NCBI GenBank assembly: GCA_903850745.1
Contig: CAINMH010000129.1
Coordinates: forward strand, 1 to 55,175
Origin: an uncultured bacterium
GTDB lineage: Bacteria > Actinomycetota > Actinomycetes > S36-B12
Direction of reading: 5' to 3'
Length of the DNA: 55,175 nt
The notes under the pieces were generated by a model, which searched no databases, was not told the origin of the DNA, and saw nothing but the letters and a program-made list of their open reading frames with translations. A program made the translations under genes and the position numbers. Shown here in pieces: positions 21,236 to 33,669 of this stretch; position 1 is the first letter of the stretch, and every line of letters starts with the position of its first letter.

Positions 21236-22326
21236 GAATCAATGCCCTCATCTATGCGACCGAGCCCCAATGACTCAAGGCGTGCGTCCACGGACAACAG
21301 CACGGCTGCCTCGAGATCAGGATCTCCGACCCGTTGCACCACGTCAGCAAAGAAACCACGGACCACTAGCATGCGTGCGACATCGATCGGGATTCCACGG
21401 GACTGTAGATAGAACAGTTGATCATCATCGAATCGACCCGTGGCGCTCGCATGGCCAGCTCCGGTGATCTCGCCAGTCTCGAGTTCGAGATTGGGTACCG
21501 AATCAGCACGGGCGCCTTCAGAGAGCAGAAGATTGCGATTGAGCTCGTAGGTATCCGTACCGATGGCATTCGGTCGGACAATAACGTCACCAATCCACAC
21601 CGAATGAGCACCGTCGCCGTCTAGGGCACCCTTATAGGCAACATTGCTTCTACAGTGCGGCTCGGTATGCGTAGCGAGAAGTCGGTGTTCGACATGCTGG
21701 CCAGGACCCACAAGGAAGACGCCCAACATCTCTGCGTCTCCACCTGGACCCGCGTAGTCAACGGTAGACACCAGACGCACCACATCGCCACCCAATGTGA
21801 CAACAGCGGAACGGTAGCGAGCATCACGCCCCACGGTCACGTGATGATGGCCAAGATGCAACGCGTCAGCGTCCCACAACTGCTGCGACACGACCGTAAG
21901 CGAGGCTCCGTCGCCCACCACGATGTCGACGTTGCCGGCAAACGCACCAGCACCGGTGTGCGTGAGCACCACTGTGGCCGAGCTAAATGATTCGGCCACA
22001 ATGCGAATATGCCCGGATGCAACGCCCCCGAGCCCCTTGACACGAACATTGACACTTGGTCCACCAGCACGCTCACGCGGGATCGTGACCTGCACTACCT
22101 CGGAGATATCGGCCCACGCGCGCGACGAGACACGATCAACCGGTTCGTAGCGAATCCCGTCTTTCGAACACCGCTCTACCCGGCAATCTGTGGGATCCCA
22201 ATCGATACCGACCTGCCCCGTGAACTCCGCTTCTGCCTCAAGACCGCGCAGCCTCGCTAGCGGGGTAAACCGCCATTGTTCTTCACGGCCTGTGGGTGCT
22301 ACAAAATCAGTGTGCGTGATGGTCAT
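21232..22326 (-). CDS. sufD: Fe-S assembly protein SufD
   Basis: EQWRFT, PNLELE, GHASATG and LFYLQSRGI motifs; operon context. Confidence 0.93.
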   Translation of the reverse strand: MTITHTDFVAPTGREEQWRFTPLARLRGLEAEAEFTGQVGIDWDPTDCRVERCSKDGIRYEPVDRVSSRAWADISEVVQVTIPRERAGGPSVNVRVKGLGGVASGHIRIVAESFSSATVVLTHTGAGAFAGNVDIVVGDGASLTVVSQQLWDADALHLGHHHVTVGRDARYRSAVVTLGGDVVRLVSTVDYAGPGGDAEMLGVFLVGPGQHVEHRLLATHTEPHCRSNVAYKGALDGDGAHSVWIGDVIVRPNAIGTDTYELNRNLLLSEGARADSVPNLELETGEITGAGHASATGRFDDDQLFYLQSRGIPIDVARMLVVRGFFADVVQRVGDPDLEAAVLLSVDARLESLGLGRIDEGIDS

Positions 22327-23735
22327 TAACCGACCGCGCCTTCCATCTGGAGCTCGATGAGCCGGTTCAGTTCGAGGGCGTACTCCATCGGCAATTCACG
22401 GGCAATCGGCTCAACGAAACCACGCACAATCATGGCCATCGCCTCGTCTTCTTTCATGCCGCGTGACATCAGATAGAACAGCTGATCGGCGCTGACCTTG
22501 GAGACTGTTGCTTCGTGCCCCATGGACACGTCATCTTCGCGAACGTCAACGTAGGGGTAGGTGTCGCTACGCGAAATATCGTCGACGAGAAGCGCATCGC
22601 ATCGAACAGTGCTCTTCGACCCGTGCGCGCCTTCGAGAATCTGCACAAGACCTCGGTACGAAGTGCGACCACCGCCACGCGCCACCGACTTTGACACGAT
22701 GGATGACGACGTGTTTGGTGCAGCATGCACCATCTTCGAACCGGCGTCTTGGTGCTGACCTTCACCTGCGAAGGCGATGGATAGCGTCTCGCCTCTGGCG
22801 TGCTCCCCCACTAGCCACACCGCCGGGTACTTCATGGTCACCTTTGAACCAATATTGCCGTCGATCCACTCCATCGTGGCCGACTCATGCGCCACGGCGC
22901 GCTTCGTCACGAGGTTGTACACGTTATTGGACCAGTTCTGAATAGTCGTGTAGCGGCAGCGGGCACCCTTCTTCACGATGATTTCCACTACTGCAGAGTG
23001 CAAAGAGTCAGAGGAGTAAATGGGTGCTGTGCAGCCCTCGACGTAATGCACGTAAGCGTCCTCGTCGACGATGATCAAGGTCCGCTCGAACTGACCCATG
23101 TTCTCGGTGTTGATGCGGAAATAGGCCTGCAGGGGAATATCGACCTTGACGCCCTTGGGCACATAGATGAAAGATCCACCTGACCACACGGCGGTGTTAA
23201 GCGCTGCAAATTTGTTGTCGCCCACGGGGATTACTGAGCAGAAATTCTCGCGGAAGATATCCTCGTGCTCTCGCAATGCAGTGTCAGTATCGAGGAATAG
23301 CACGCCCTGCTCCTCGAGATCCTCGCGAATCTTGTGATAGACGACCTCACTTTCGTACTGAGCCGCCACACCAGAGATGAGACGTTGCTTCTCGGCCTCC
23401 GGGATGCCCAAACGATCGTAGGTGTTCTTAATGTCAGCGGGGAGTTCGTCCCAGGACGTGGCCTGCTTCTCCGTGGAGCGCACGAAGTACTTGATGGTGT
23501 CGAACTTGATCCCATCGAGCTGAGAACCCCACGTGGGCATTGGTTTGCGCTCGAAGAGACGCAGACCCTTCAACCGCAAATCGAGCATCCACTGTGGCTC
23601 GGACTTCTTCGCGCTGATGTCACGCACCACGTCCTCGTTGATGCCGCGGCGAGCGTTTGTGCCCGCGCTGTCCGGGTCGGACCATCCAAACTGATAGCGA
23701 CCAAGGCCTTCAAGATCGTCGTCAATGGCTGTCAT
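22326..23735 (-). CDS. sufB: Fe-S assembly protein SufB (no intein)
   Basis: [14 protein letters not shown] and HEATVSK motifs. Start ATG 23735 (MTAIDD). Confidence 0.97.
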   Translation of the reverse strand: MTAIDDDLEGLGRYQFGWSDPDSAGTNARRGINEDVVRDISAKKSEPQWMLDLRLKGLRLFERKPMPTWGSQLDGIKFDTIKYFVRSTEKQATSWDELPADIKNTYDRLGIPEAEKQRLISGVAAQYESEVVYHKIREDLEEQGVLFLDTDTALREHEDIFRENFCSVIPVGDNKFAALNTAVWSGGSFIYVPKGVKVDIPLQAYFRINTENMGQFERTLIIVDEDAYVHYVEGCTAPIYSSDSLHSAVVEIIVKKGARCRYTTIQNWSNNVYNLVTKRAVAHESATMEWIDGNIGSKVTMKYPAVWLVGEHARGETLSIAFAGEGQHQDAGSKMVHAAPNTSSSIVSKSVARGGGRTSYRGLVQILEGAHGSKSTVRCDALLVDDISRSDTYPYVDVREDDVSMGHEATVSKVSADQLFYLMSRGMKEDEAMAMIVRGFVEPIARELPMEYALELNRLIELQMEGAVG

Positions 23736-24417
23736 TGGACATCCTTCCCGCGAGAACGAGCGAATCGTCACGACCGAGATTCGGTACGTGAGTGGTGCAT
23801 ACGCCATCACCATGTGCAATGGTGGCTAGGCGCTGAACATGGGTGCCGAGAATTCGACCGAATGCCACTGTCTCGGCCTCGCACAGTTGTGGGAATTCGG
23901 CGGCTACATGAGAAACAGGGCAGTGATGCTGGCACAACTGCACTCCGTCGGAGCCCTCAGCGGCTCGGACAGTCGACGCGGCGTAGCCATCTCGGGTCAG
24001 TGCGCTCGCGAGCGCCTCGACGCGTTCTGAGGTCGTGGCGTTCTCTTGGGCTCGGTAGCGAGATTCGAACTCAGCGGCCCGCCGTTGGGCGAATGTCGCA
24101 ATCGCTTCTTCTCCCCCGAGCTCTAGCACGTAACGCAAGGCGGAGGCGGCCAAATCGTCGTAGGACTGCTCGAATACCTCGCGACCGATGTCCGTGAGTG
24201 AATACACGCGCGCGGGACGACCGCGTCCGCGCACGCGACGAGGCCCGAAGGGCGGGGTCTCGCTCGCGACTACGACCCCATCTGCCTCTAGGTGGTCAAG
24301 GTGCCGGCGGACCACGGTGCCGCTCACTCCTAGCCGAACGCCGAGCTCTGCGGCGGTCGCCGGTCCCTCTAAGAGGAGCGACCGCGCGACCCGCTCGGGG
24401 GCGTCGGCTAATTTCAT
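23722..24417 (-). CDS. sufR: SufR HTH transcriptional regulator
   Basis: HTH followed by GRGRP; C-terminal HCP...LCEAE...CTT cluster ligands; first gene of the suf operon. Start ATG 24417. Confidence 0.9.
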   Translation of the reverse strand: MKLADAPERVARSLLLEGPATAAELGVRLGVSGTVVRRHLDHLEADGVVVASETPPFGPRRVRGRGRPARVYSLTDIGREVFEQSYDDLAASALRYVLELGGEEAIATFAQRRAAEFESRYRAQENATTSERVEALASALTRDGYAASTVRAAEGSDGVQLCQHHCPVSHVAAEFPQLCEAETVAFGRILGTHVQRLATIAHGDGVCTTHVPNLGRDDSLVLAGRMSNDSH

Positions 24418-24437
24418 ACCCTTATTGTTGCGCAATT
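24410..24437. promoter_or_regulatory. Imperfect inverted repeat over the sufR start, candidate SufR operator
   Basis: AATTTCATACC-CTTATT-GTTGCGCAATT; 7 of 11 arm positions are symmetric. AT-rich island covering the sufR ATG and its putative -10 (AACAAT on the minus strand). Confidence 0.5.
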
Positions 24438-24478
24438 CCCTGCGAGCGCAACACCGGGGCCCACGTACACTGCTATTC

Positions 24479-25375
24479 GTGAGGAACCCCGCGATCGAAA
24501 TCCAGGGTCTCACCATGCGCTACGGCGATGTCACGGCGGTCCGAGATCTCCATCTGATGGTCCCTAGCGGTCAGATCACGGCTGTACTGGGCCGCAATGG
24601 CGCCGGCAAGACCACGACTATGGAAGTCTGTGCCGGAATTCGCCCCGCCCAGTCAGGGGTGGTTCAGGTCCTTGGCGCCAATCCGATCCGGGACCGAGTC
24701 ACCCTCGCCCCAAAAGTGGGCGTGATGCTCCAATCCGGTGGCGTGCCAGGCAGTAGCCGGGGCGTGGAGTTCGCCCATCACCTCGCTGGCATGTACGCGC
24801 ACCCTCTCGATGTGACCCTGTTGGCGCAGCGCCTCGGCGTCTCTGACGTGCGCACCGCCTACCGTCGAATGTCCGGTGGAGAGCAGCAACGAGTGCGACT
24901 CATCTGCGCTCTCGTCGGTCGCCCCGAACTGGTGATCCTCGACGAGCCCACATCAGGCCTCGATCCGCTCGCTCGCGGATTGGTCTGGAATCTCCTCGGA
25001 GACCTCAAGGCCGCTGGACTGACCGTTGTTGTATCTACCCATCAATTCGATGAGGCTGAGCGACTCGCCGACCACATCGTCATCGTTGCTCGTGGCGCGG
25101 TTGTCGCGTCCGGATCACCTCGCGAACTTGGTGCCGCTGAAGCTGATCGCGTGACGTTCCTTAGCGGCCTGCACGTTTCGACAGAGGATCTCAGCCGGAA
25201 CATTGGCGTGCCTGTCTTGGAGATTTCTCCCGGGCGTTACGTCGCCGAAGGTGTGCTGCCTGACAACACCAATGACGTCATCTTGGCTTGGGCTCGTGAT
25301 CACGGAGTTGTTGCTCGCGACATCGTCCGCGGTCGGCGCACTCTGGAAGACCTTTTCCACGAGGTAAGCCAATGA
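24479..25375 (+). CDS. ABC transporter ATP-binding protein (DrrA-like)
   Basis: GRNGAGKT, MSGGE and LDEP motifs. Start GTG 24479 after TACACT. Confidence 0.9.
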   Translation: MRNPAIEIQGLTMRYGDVTAVRDLHLMVPSGQITAVLGRNGAGKTTTMEVCAGIRPAQSGVVQVLGANPIRDRVTLAPKVGVMLQSGGVPGSSRGVEFAHHLAGMYAHPLDVTLLAQRLGVSDVRTAYRRMSGGEQQRVRLICALVGRPELVILDEPTSGLDPLARGLVWNLLGDLKAAGLTVVVSTHQFDEAERLADHIVIVARGAVVASGSPRELGAAEADRVTFLSGLHVSTEDLSRNIGVPVLEISPGRYVAEGVLPDNTNDVILAWARDHGVVARDIVRGRRTLEDLFHEVSQ

Positions 25376-26130
25376 GTCTCGACTTCACCCCCGCACCGGG
25401 GGCCGCTCCGAGCTATCGGCGCGTTATCCGACAGGCTTCGTACGAGCTCAAGTCGACATTGCGCAACGGCGAACAACTGCTCCTGACGCTGATCATTCCC
25501 CTCGCACTGCTTCTGGGACTGTCCCTAAGTTCGATCGTCGATCTCGGCGGAACCGACCGGGTCGCGATCGTCGTGCCGGGTATTTTGACCCTTGCCGTGA
25601 TGTCCGCGGCCTTCACTAGCTTGGCAGTTGCCACCGGATTCGAGCGGCGCTACGGCTCGCTCACCCTGCTCGGCACCACTCCCCTGACGCGAACCCAAAT
25701 TCTCGCTGCAAAAGGCCTCGCAGTGGCAGCGGTGGAGATAATCCAGTTCGCCATGATCATCGGAGTGGGGCTGATGTTGGGGTGGTCCGCGACAGGAATT
25801 GGTTGGGCAATAGTCCTCATCATCTTGGGAACGGCCGCTTTTGCTTCGCTCGGGCTATTGCTTGCTGGCGTGCTCCGAGCAGAGGCGACCTTGGCCATCG
25901 CTAACGGCATCTACCTCATCTTGTTGCTCGCTGGCGGCACGATCGTTGCTTCCGATCGGCTTCCCAGCAGCATGTCCGCCGCCGTACAAATTCTGCCCTC
26001 GGCAGCGTTGGGCACTGGTCTTCGCGATGCCATGATTCAGGGCAATTTTGCCTGGTTGCCTGCACTCATTTTGATCGCTTGGGCCGGTGTGGGTTGCGGT
26101 CTAGCCGCAAGGTTCTTCAAATGGCAATAA
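25372..26130 (+). CDS. ABC-2 type permease
   Basis: About 6 TM segments, FERRYG motif, ATGA overlap with the ATPase. Confidence 0.9.
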   Translation: MSLDFTPAPGAAPSYRRVIRQASYELKSTLRNGEQLLLTLIIPLALLLGLSLSSIVDLGGTDRVAIVVPGILTLAVMSAAFTSLAVATGFERRYGSLTLLGTTPLTRTQILAAKGLAVAAVEIIQFAMIIGVGLMLGWSATGIGWAIVLIILGTAAFASLGLLLAGVLRAEATLAIANGIYLILLLAGGTIVASDRLPSSMSAAVQILPSAALGTGLRDAMIQGNFAWLPALILIAWAGVGCGLAARFFKWQ

Positions 26131-26146
26131 GGCTTAAGGTGGAACC

Positions 26147-27100
26147 GTGATCCCACGCTGGCTCCGAGTTGTGTTCTGGGCAAACCTCGTTGCTCAGAGT
26201 GGGATTATCGTCACTGGCGCGATCGTGCGGGTTACAGGATCTGGGCTCGGCTGCCCCGACTGGCCCGACTGTGCCGACGGATCCATAACGCCAACCGCGC
26301 ATCAGGCTGAGTCTTGGCACAAGTACGTCGAGTTTGGCAATCGCACGTTGACGTTCCTCTTAGTCATTTTGTCGCTAGCGGCTCTCGTTGGTTCACTTGT
26401 CGTCATTGCTCGGCGAAGGGGCACACAGTTCGTTGGCCCGAAGACACGCACCCTCGTGCTGCTAAGCGCTATCCCCGTTCTGGGCACATTCGCCCAAGCA
26501 ATTCTGGGTGGCATCACGGTATTGACAGGCTTGAACCCGGCCATTGTGGCTGGCCACTTCTTGGTTTCCATCGCCATTGTTGCCGGATGTGTAAATCTCG
26601 TAGTGCGTTCAGGTGAGACTGGGCTCTCGCCTCGCCCGCTCGTCCCAATACCCGTGCTGTGGCTTGGCCGCACCTTGGTGGTCGTCAGTGCAGCCGTCAT
26701 CACTTTGGGCACAATCGTGACTGGCAGCGGCCCGCACTCCGGTGATGCCGACACACCAAACCGGCTTGGATTTGATCCACGCACGGTCTCGTGGGTGCAC
26801 GCCGACCTGGTCCTGCTCTTCATTGGGCTTCTCATTGGGCTGATCGTGGCCCTGCATCTTCTGCACACACCCCGTCGCGCACGCGCGCTCGCTTGGGGCT
26901 TGATGGGAGTCACCGTCGTTCAAGGACTGATCGGCTACACGCAGTACTTCACTGGCCTGCCGTGGCTCTTGGTGTCTTTTCACGTAGCTGGGGCAGCGGT
27001 GCTCTGGATAGTCGTGTTGTTCCTGTTGCTCTCGCTGCAGGATCGGGGCACCGCGGTCAGCTCAGGGCAAGAACGGGTCAGTAGCAACAACGAGAAATAG
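26147..27100 (+). CDS. ctaA: Heme A synthase (COX15/CtaA)
   Basis: GSGLGCPDWPDC, EFGNR, GPHSGD and conserved His residues. Confidence 0.9.
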   Translation: MIPRWLRVVFWANLVAQSGIIVTGAIVRVTGSGLGCPDWPDCADGSITPTAHQAESWHKYVEFGNRTLTFLLVILSLAALVGSLVVIARRRGTQFVGPKTRTLVLLSAIPVLGTFAQAILGGITVLTGLNPAIVAGHFLVSIAIVAGCVNLVVRSGETGLSPRPLVPIPVLWLGRTLVVVSAAVITLGTIVTGSGPHSGDADTPNRLGFDPRTVSWVHADLVLLFIGLLIGLIVALHLLHTPRRARALAWGLMGVTVVQGLIGYTQYFTGLPWLLVSFHVAGAAVLWIVVLFLLLSLQDRGTAVSSGQERVSSNNEK

Positions 27101-27976
27101 CAGGGCAAGGTACGTGATCGAGTAGTGGAAGAGTCGCATCGGCTTGATGGGGACGTCGCCCTTACGCAGTCGCGCGGACAACGCATATGCCTCATAGAGG
27201 AAGATAGCCCCGAGTACAACGGCTGCGGCTGAGTACACGATGCCCATGCCCGCCACCGGGATGAGAACCAATGAGGTTGCAATCATCACCCACGAATAGA
27301 TGATGATCTGTCTTCCCACAGCTCGCGGCGCGGCGACGACAGGAAGCATGGGCACGCCTGCCAACTCGTATTCATCGCGATAGCGGAAAGCCAACGGCCA
27401 GTAGTGCGGCGGAGTCCACCAAAACACGACAAGAAATAGCAAGATCGGAATCCACCAGGACCGCCCACCATCCACGGCGGCCCAACCGATGAGTACGGGC
27501 ATGCAACCCGCTGCACCACCCCACACGATGTTCTGGGCAGTCCTGCGCTTGAGCAACATGGTGTAGCCGAGAACGTAAAAGGCGATAGCGACAGCGGTGA
27601 GGATACCTGCAAGAGGATTAGTCGTCACAAACATGAGCACCACGCTGGCGACGCTGAGGATGAGGCCGTAGATCAATCCTGCACGCGGCGAAATCTCGCC
27701 GGTAACGAGCGGGCGGTGTCCCGTGCGCTCCATGAGCATGTCGATGTCGCGGTCGTAGACGCTATTGAGCGTATTGGCACCTGCTGCTGCCAACGAACCA
27801 CCAATTAGAGTCACCAACACCACACGAAGCGGCGGGATGCCATCTTGTGCCAAAAGCATCGTGGGCACCGTAGTGACAAGCAGAAGTTCAATGATCCGAG
27901 GTTTGGTGACAAGGAAATAGGCTTTGATCGTGGCTCCGGGACCACGTCGCGCCGATGTTGTCACCGATTGATTCAC
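27062..27976 (-). CDS. ctaB: Protoheme IX farnesyltransferase (heme o synthase)
   Basis: TKPRII, DRDID.LMERT..RP and WTPPH motifs. Start GTG 27976. Confidence 0.93.
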   Translation of the reverse strand: MNQSVTTSARRGPGATIKAYFLVTKPRIIELLLVTTVPTMLLAQDGIPPLRVVLVTLIGGSLAAAGANTLNSVYDRDIDMLMERTGHRPLVTGEISPRAGLIYGLILSVASVVLMFVTTNPLAGILTAVAIAFYVLGYTMLLKRRTAQNIVWGGAAGCMPVLIGWAAVDGGRSWWIPILLFLVVFWWTPPHYWPLAFRYRDEYELAGVPMLPVVAAPRAVGRQIIIYSWVMIATSLVLIPVAGMGIVYSAAAVVLGAIFLYEAYALSARLRKGDVPIKPMRLFHYSITYLALLFLVVATDPFLP

Positions 27977-27981
27977 GTGCG

Positions 27982-28329
27982 TCAGCGCGTGCGACCGCTG
28001 CGTGCCTGCAGTCTTTGCAGCGCCTCTTCGAGAATCGACTCGCCATCTACATCGGAACGACGTTCCTTGACATAGGCAAGGTGGGTCTTGTACGGCTCGA
28101 CTTTCGGCGGTGCCGGTGGAGCCGATTCGTTCTGACTCGCCGGCCACCCACAACGTGGGCAATCCCAAGACTCTGGGACCACGGCATCGGAGGCGAAACT
28201 AGGAGTGGTCTGGTGGCCATGCGCACACCAGTAGGTGATGTGTACGCGAGGCGCTGAATCGCCACGTTCGGCTTCACCCATAGGGCCAGCACCGACACGA
28301 CTCCCACGAATTGCACTACCTGACGCCAC
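27982..28329 (-). CDS. RbpA-family RNA polymerase-binding protein (secG-linked type)
   Basis: AIRGSRVG, WCAHGH...WDCPRCG and KTHLAYVKERRS motifs. Start GTG 28329. Confidence 0.88.
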   Translation of the reverse strand: MASGSAIRGSRVGAGPMGEAERGDSAPRVHITYWCAHGHQTTPSFASDAVVPESWDCPRCGWPASQNESAPPAPPKVEPYKTHLAYVKERRSDVDGESILEEALQRLQARSGRTR

Positions 28330-28358
28330 GAGGGCCCCTTTCGATAAATTGCGGTGAG

Positions 28359-28610
28359 TCAGCCAGAGGTGGTCTTGACGAGCAGACCAACGGCTACGAC
28401 GCAGGCGACCCAAATCAGGCCGATCGCGACAGTAAGTCGGTCCAGATTGCGTTCGGCTACTGACGATCCACCGATGGACGAGCTGACGCCACCACCGAAA
28501 AGATCAGAGAGGCCGCCGCCCTTACCCCGGTGGAGCAGGATGAGAACAATCAGCATGAGGCTGGTGATGATGAGCAGCACCGAAAGGATGATGGTGAAGG
28601 TCTGGACCAT
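28359..28610 (-). CDS. secG: Preprotein translocase subunit SecG
   Basis: LLHRGKGGGLSDLFGGG...AERNLDR; 2 TM segments. Start ATG 28610. Confidence 0.95.
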   Translation of the reverse strand: MVQTFTIILSVLLIITSLMLIVLILLHRGKGGGLSDLFGGGVSSSIGGSSVAERNLDRLTVAIGLIWVACVVAVGLLVKTTSG

Positions 28611-28630
28611 GGGGGAAGGATACGCGATGG

Positions 28631-29419
28631 CTAGGCGTCGCCGTGCATTCGGTAGCGCACAATCCCTACGAACTCGTCCGGATCGAGACTCGCACCCCCC
28701 ACGAGGGCCCCATCCACGTCTGGCTGGTCCATGATCCCGGCAATGTTCGCCGACTTCACCGAGCCGCCGTAGAGAACCCGAACCGCCTGAGCCACCTCGG
28801 CGCCATGCTCCGCAGCCAACCAACCTCGGATGGCACTGCAGACCTCCTGAGCGTCCTCGGGCGTCGCCACTTCGCCGGTGCCGATGGCCCAGACCGGCTC
28901 ATAGGCGATCACCGTCTTGGCGACCTCCTCCGCGCTGAACCCGGCCAAAGATCCGGCGACCTGAGCCAAGGTGTAGGACACCTGCCCGCCTTCACGGCGG
29001 ACATCGAGACCTTCACCCACGCAGACGATGGGCGTGAGTGAATGGCGCAGGGCCGCCCGAACCTTGACGTTCACAGTCTCATCAGTCTCGTGGTGGTAGA
29101 GGCGCCGCTCGCTGTGGCCCACCACAACGACGCTACATCCGAGTTTGGCCAACATGGCGCCTGAAACCTCGCCGGTGAAGGCGCCCGACTCATGCGCGGA
29201 GACATCCTGAGCGCCGTATCGCAATCGGTAGCCGTCCCCATCAATCACGGTTTGCACAGAACGAATGTCGGTGTACGGCGGAAGCAGCACCACCTCGACC
29301 GCTTCATAGTCAGCGTCGTTAAACGTGAAAGCTAAGCGTTGGACAACCGCGATCGCTTCAAGATGATTGAGATTCATCTTCCAGTTGCCGGCCATCATGG
29401 GCAGACGATTGTGGCTCAC
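28631..29419 (-). CDS. tpiA: Triosephosphate isomerase
   Basis: AGNWKMN, GHSERR and [11 protein letters not shown] motifs. Confidence 0.98.
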   Translation of the reverse strand: MSHNRLPMMAGNWKMNLNHLEAIAVVQRLAFTFNDADYEAVEVVLLPPYTDIRSVQTVIDGDGYRLRYGAQDVSAHESGAFTGEVSGAMLAKLGCSVVVVGHSERRLYHHETDETVNVKVRAALRHSLTPIVCVGEGLDVRREGGQVSYTLAQVAGSLAGFSAEEVAKTVIAYEPVWAIGTGEVATPEDAQEVCSAIRGWLAAEHGAEVAQAVRVLYGGSVKSANIAGIMDQPDVDGALVGGASLDPDEFVGIVRYRMHGDA

Positions 29420-30609
29420 AGGCTGTTCTCCAATGCAACAAGACCGGGGAGGGCTTTGCCTTCGAGGAATTCGAGGCTGGCACCCCCTCCGGTGGATACG
29501 TGGCTGAATCCTTCAATGCCGAAGACCGCAACCGCTGCGGCTGAGTCACCACCGCCCACGACACTCATCCCCGGGCTTGCAGCTATCGCTTCACCCACAC
29601 AGCGAGTGCCACGCGCGAATTCGGCAATCTCGAAGACACCCATCGGCCCATTCCAGACTACGGTTCGCGCCTGAGCGATAACCGATTCGAAATCTGCAAT
29701 GGTCGCGGGGCCGATGTCGAGGCCCATCCAGCCTGAAGGAATGGCGTCTGCCGACACAACCTGGGTTTCCCCTCCCCCAGCAAATCTCTCGGACACGACT
29801 ACGTCGACGGGAAGGCGAAGATCCACGCCGCGTTCCTTGGCTGTTGCTAGAAAACCACGCACAGTCTCGATCTGGTCTGCTTCGAGAAGTGAGCTGCCCA
29901 CCTCGTGACCTTGGGCCGCGAGGAAGGTAAATGCCATCCCACCGCCAATGAGCAGGTGATCCACATGTTCTAGCAGTTTGCCGATCACGGCGAGTTTGTC
30001 GGAAACCTTGGAACCACCGAGAACCACAACGTAGGGACGCTCAGGGCTTTGCAGAAGTCTGGAGAACACATCCACCTCCGCCTGGACTAGAAGCCCCGGG
30101 GCGCTGGGCAGAAGCTTGGCGATATCGGATACCGATGCCTGCTCGCGATGCACCACGCCAAAGCCGTCGCTCACGAACAGTTCACCGACCGTGGCAAGTT
30201 CCGCCGCAAGTTCCTGACGCACTGCCGCATCTTTGCTGGTCTCACGTGGATCAAAGCGAATGTTTTCCAAGCAGATTACGTCGCCATTGCTCAACCTCGA
30301 GGCCATTGTTCGCGCTTCAGAAATATCGACAGCGACTGGGACATTGGTGCCCAGCAATTCACCGAGGCGCAAGGCAACTGGAGTGAGTGAGTACTTTGCC
30401 TCCGGCCCGCCCTTGGGACGACCCAGGTGCGAGATGACCACAATTCGTGCGCCGCGTGCGCGCAGGCTCTGGATTGTCTCGACGCTCGCCCGAATGCGAG
30501 TGTCGTCGGCGACCTCTGATCCATCTACACCATCGTGTAGCGGAGCATTCAGATCCGAGCGCAGTAGGACTACGCGCCCGGTGACATCGAGGTCAGCGAG
30601 AGAACGCAC
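29416..30609 (-). CDS. pgk: Phosphoglycerate kinase
   Basis: [15 protein letters not shown] and STGGGASLE motifs. Confidence 0.98.
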   Translation of the reverse strand: MRSLADLDVTGRVVLLRSDLNAPLHDGVDGSEVADDTRIRASVETIQSLRARGARIVVISHLGRPKGGPEAKYSLTPVALRLGELLGTNVPVAVDISEARTMASRLSNGDVICLENIRFDPRETSKDAAVRQELAAELATVGELFVSDGFGVVHREQASVSDIAKLLPSAPGLLVQAEVDVFSRLLQSPERPYVVVLGGSKVSDKLAVIGKLLEHVDHLLIGGGMAFTFLAAQGHEVGSSLLEADQIETVRGFLATAKERGVDLRLPVDVVVSERFAGGGETQVVSADAIPSGWMGLDIGPATIADFESVIAQARTVVWNGPMGVFEIAEFARGTRCVGEAIAASPGMSVVGGGDSAAAVAVFGIEGFSHVSTGGGASLEFLEGKALPGLVALENSL

Positions 30610-30612
30610 GAG

Positions 30613-31672
<1,060 letters not shown>

Positions 31673-31726
31673 CCTAACCCACAAGAGCAACATTTCGGGG
31701 TATCCGATACCGAAATTCGCGTGGAT

Positions 31727-32704
31727 TTACAGAATGTTTTCGGGATCAATTGCCGATTCTGTCGACGGAAGACCGAGCTCCTGCGCCTGCTTGTCTGCCA
31801 TCGCCAATAACCGACGGATGCGACCAGCGATTGCGTCTTTGGTCATGGGTGGGTCCGCCAGTGCGCCAAGTTCTTCAAGGCTCGCTTGGCGATGATCGAG
31901 TCGGAGCCGACCCGCCTCCGCGAGGTGATCAGGGACATCTGGCCCAAGAATTTCTAGCGCCCTTTGCACACGAGCACCAGCGGCAACCGCGGCTCTGGCA
32001 GAACGACGAAGATTGGCATCGTCGAAGTTCGCCAGCCGATTCGCCGTCGCACGAACTTCTCGACGCATCCGACGCTCTTCCCACGCCATCACAGACTCAT
32101 GGGCACCCATGCGAGTAAGAAGCGCCGAGATGGCATCCCCATCGCGAATGACTACGCGATCAACACCGCGTACATCGCGTGACTTTGCTGAGAGACCCAT
32201 CCGCCGTGCGGCACCGACTAGAGCCAGCGCAGCCTCAGGCCCGGGGCACGTGATCTCTAGGGACGACGAACGTCCCGGTTCTGTCAACGAGCCGTGGGCG
32301 AGAAATGCCCCGCGCCATGCGGCTTCGGAGTCACAAACACCCCCGCTAACAACGGCCGGCGGAAGCCCACGAACAGGCCGACCACTTCCATCGACGATCC
32401 CAGTCTGCCGAGCCAGCGCCTCGCCACCCTCGACGACTCGAACGAGATAGCGGTTTCCTTTGCGCAATCCATTGTGTTGCACGACCGCAAGTTCACTCTC
32501 GTGCCCATAGATCTCGAAGATATCGGTGCGCAAACGCCGAGCGATGGTACTTGTGTCGAGTTCTACCTCAAGAACGATTCGACCGGAAACAATGTGGAGT
32601 GCGCCGCAAAAACGAAGAAGGGACGCCACTTCCGCTTTGCGGCAGCAGGAACGCTTCACCGCAAAGCGACTCAACTCGTCTTTGACGACGGCGGTCATCG
32701 CCAT
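31727..32704 (-). CDS. whiA: DNA-binding cell division/sporulation regulator WhiA
   Basis: [21 protein letters not shown] and [12 protein letters not shown] motifs. Confidence 0.97.
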   Translation of the reverse strand: MAMTAVVKDELSRFAVKRSCCRKAEVASLLRFCGALHIVSGRIVLEVELDTSTIARRLRTDIFEIYGHESELAVVQHNGLRKGNRYLVRVVEGGEALARQTGIVDGSGRPVRGLPPAVVSGGVCDSEAAWRGAFLAHGSLTEPGRSSSLEITCPGPEAALALVGAARRMGLSAKSRDVRGVDRVVIRDGDAISALLTRMGAHESVMAWEERRMRREVRATANRLANFDDANLRRSARAAVAAGARVQRALEILGPDVPDHLAEAGRLRLDHRQASLEELGALADPPMTKDAIAGRIRRLLAMADKQAQELGLPSTESAIDPENIL

Positions 32705-33669
32705 GCGGTGATCCTGTCATGCGCACCTGCGGACATGTGCAGCGCCTCCTGCATGGCGATGGAGAGCAACTCCGGGTCATGGAGTGAGGTGTCCCCGCGG
32801 TCGGTGACATCGGCCAAATGGACGTAAGCACCCCCACTGACCGCTGCGAGGCGATCTGGGTCTGTCACCCGCCCCTGGTCCGCGATCACCACGGAGAGGC
32901 TGAGGTCTGGCGCGTGTTCACGGAGAACCCTCAAGTGATTCTCGGGAGTGAATCCGGTCGTCTCCCCTGCTTGCGGGCCGAGATTCAGAACCAGAATCTT
33001 CACCGCTGAAGATTGCACCAGGGCCTCACGAATCCCCGGGATGAGCAGATGTGGCATCACGCTCGTGAACCAGGACCCGGGGCCGAGAATGATGATGTCG
33101 GCACTGGTGATCGCCGTGACCGCCTCAGCGCAGGCCTGCGGTGCGGCTGGGCAGATCTGCACCCGAACTACGGAACCCGACGTCGTCGCTATCCGCACCT
33201 GCCCGCGAACCTCCACAAGTTCGTCTGGGTGTGCCGGGTCACCGCCGAGCACCGTGGCGATTAGCTCGATCGGCTCGATGGCGGCGGGGAGGACGCGTCC
33301 TTCTGTTCGTAACAGCGCGCCCACCCAATCCAGCCCGGCGACGAGGTCGCCCGTCTCCTCCCAGAGGGCAGTGATCAAGAGGTTGCCCAACGCGTGACCA
33401 GCCAAGGGTCCCTTGCCACCAAACCGGTGCTGCACGACCCGACTCCAAGTCTCCCCCCACGCGTCCTCACCGCACAGGGCCGCTAATGCCATGCGCAGGT
33501 CGCCGGGGGGGACCACTTCGAGCTCTTCGCGAATGCGGCCACTCGAGCCACCGTCGTCGGCAACTCCCACCACAGCGATGACGTGCGGCGTAAGAAGACG
33601 AACGGCACGGAGACTGGCAGCAAGACCGTGCCCACCGCCGAGTGCGACTATTCGGGGCTGATTACTCAT
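32695..33669 (-). CDS. yvcK: YvcK/CuvA (UDP-GlcNAc-binding, CofD-like) protein
   Basis: [20 protein letters not shown] and GPGSWFTS motifs; lies between rapZ and whiA. Confidence 0.93.
   Translation of the reverse strand: MSNQPRIVALGGGHGLAASLRAVRLLTPHVIAVVGVADDGGSSGRIREELEVVPPGDLRMALAALCGEDAWGETWSRVVQHRFGGKGPLAGHALGNLLITALWEETGDLVAGLDWVGALLRTEGRVLPAAIEPIELIATVLGGDPAHPDELVEVRGQVRIATTSGSVVRVQICPAAPQACAEAVTAITSADIIILGPGSWFTSVMPHLLIPGIREALVQSSAVKILVLNLGPQAGETTGFTPENHLRVLREHAPDLSLSVVIADQGRVTDPDRLAAVSGGAYVHLADVTDRGDTSLHDPELLSIAMQEALHMSAGAHDRITAWR

Noticed and set aside
22326-23735. Intein in SufB, as in M. tuberculosis
   Set aside because: Normal length (469 aa) and a continuous EGCTAP motif.
24188-24478. 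N-terminal extensions given by the ORF track (ABC 24188, tldD 9638, ctaB 28168, secG 28823, sufR 24516, sufB 23819)
   Set aside because: They overlap neighbouring genes and lack family-like sequence; downstream starts fit motifs, overlaps or promoter spacing better.
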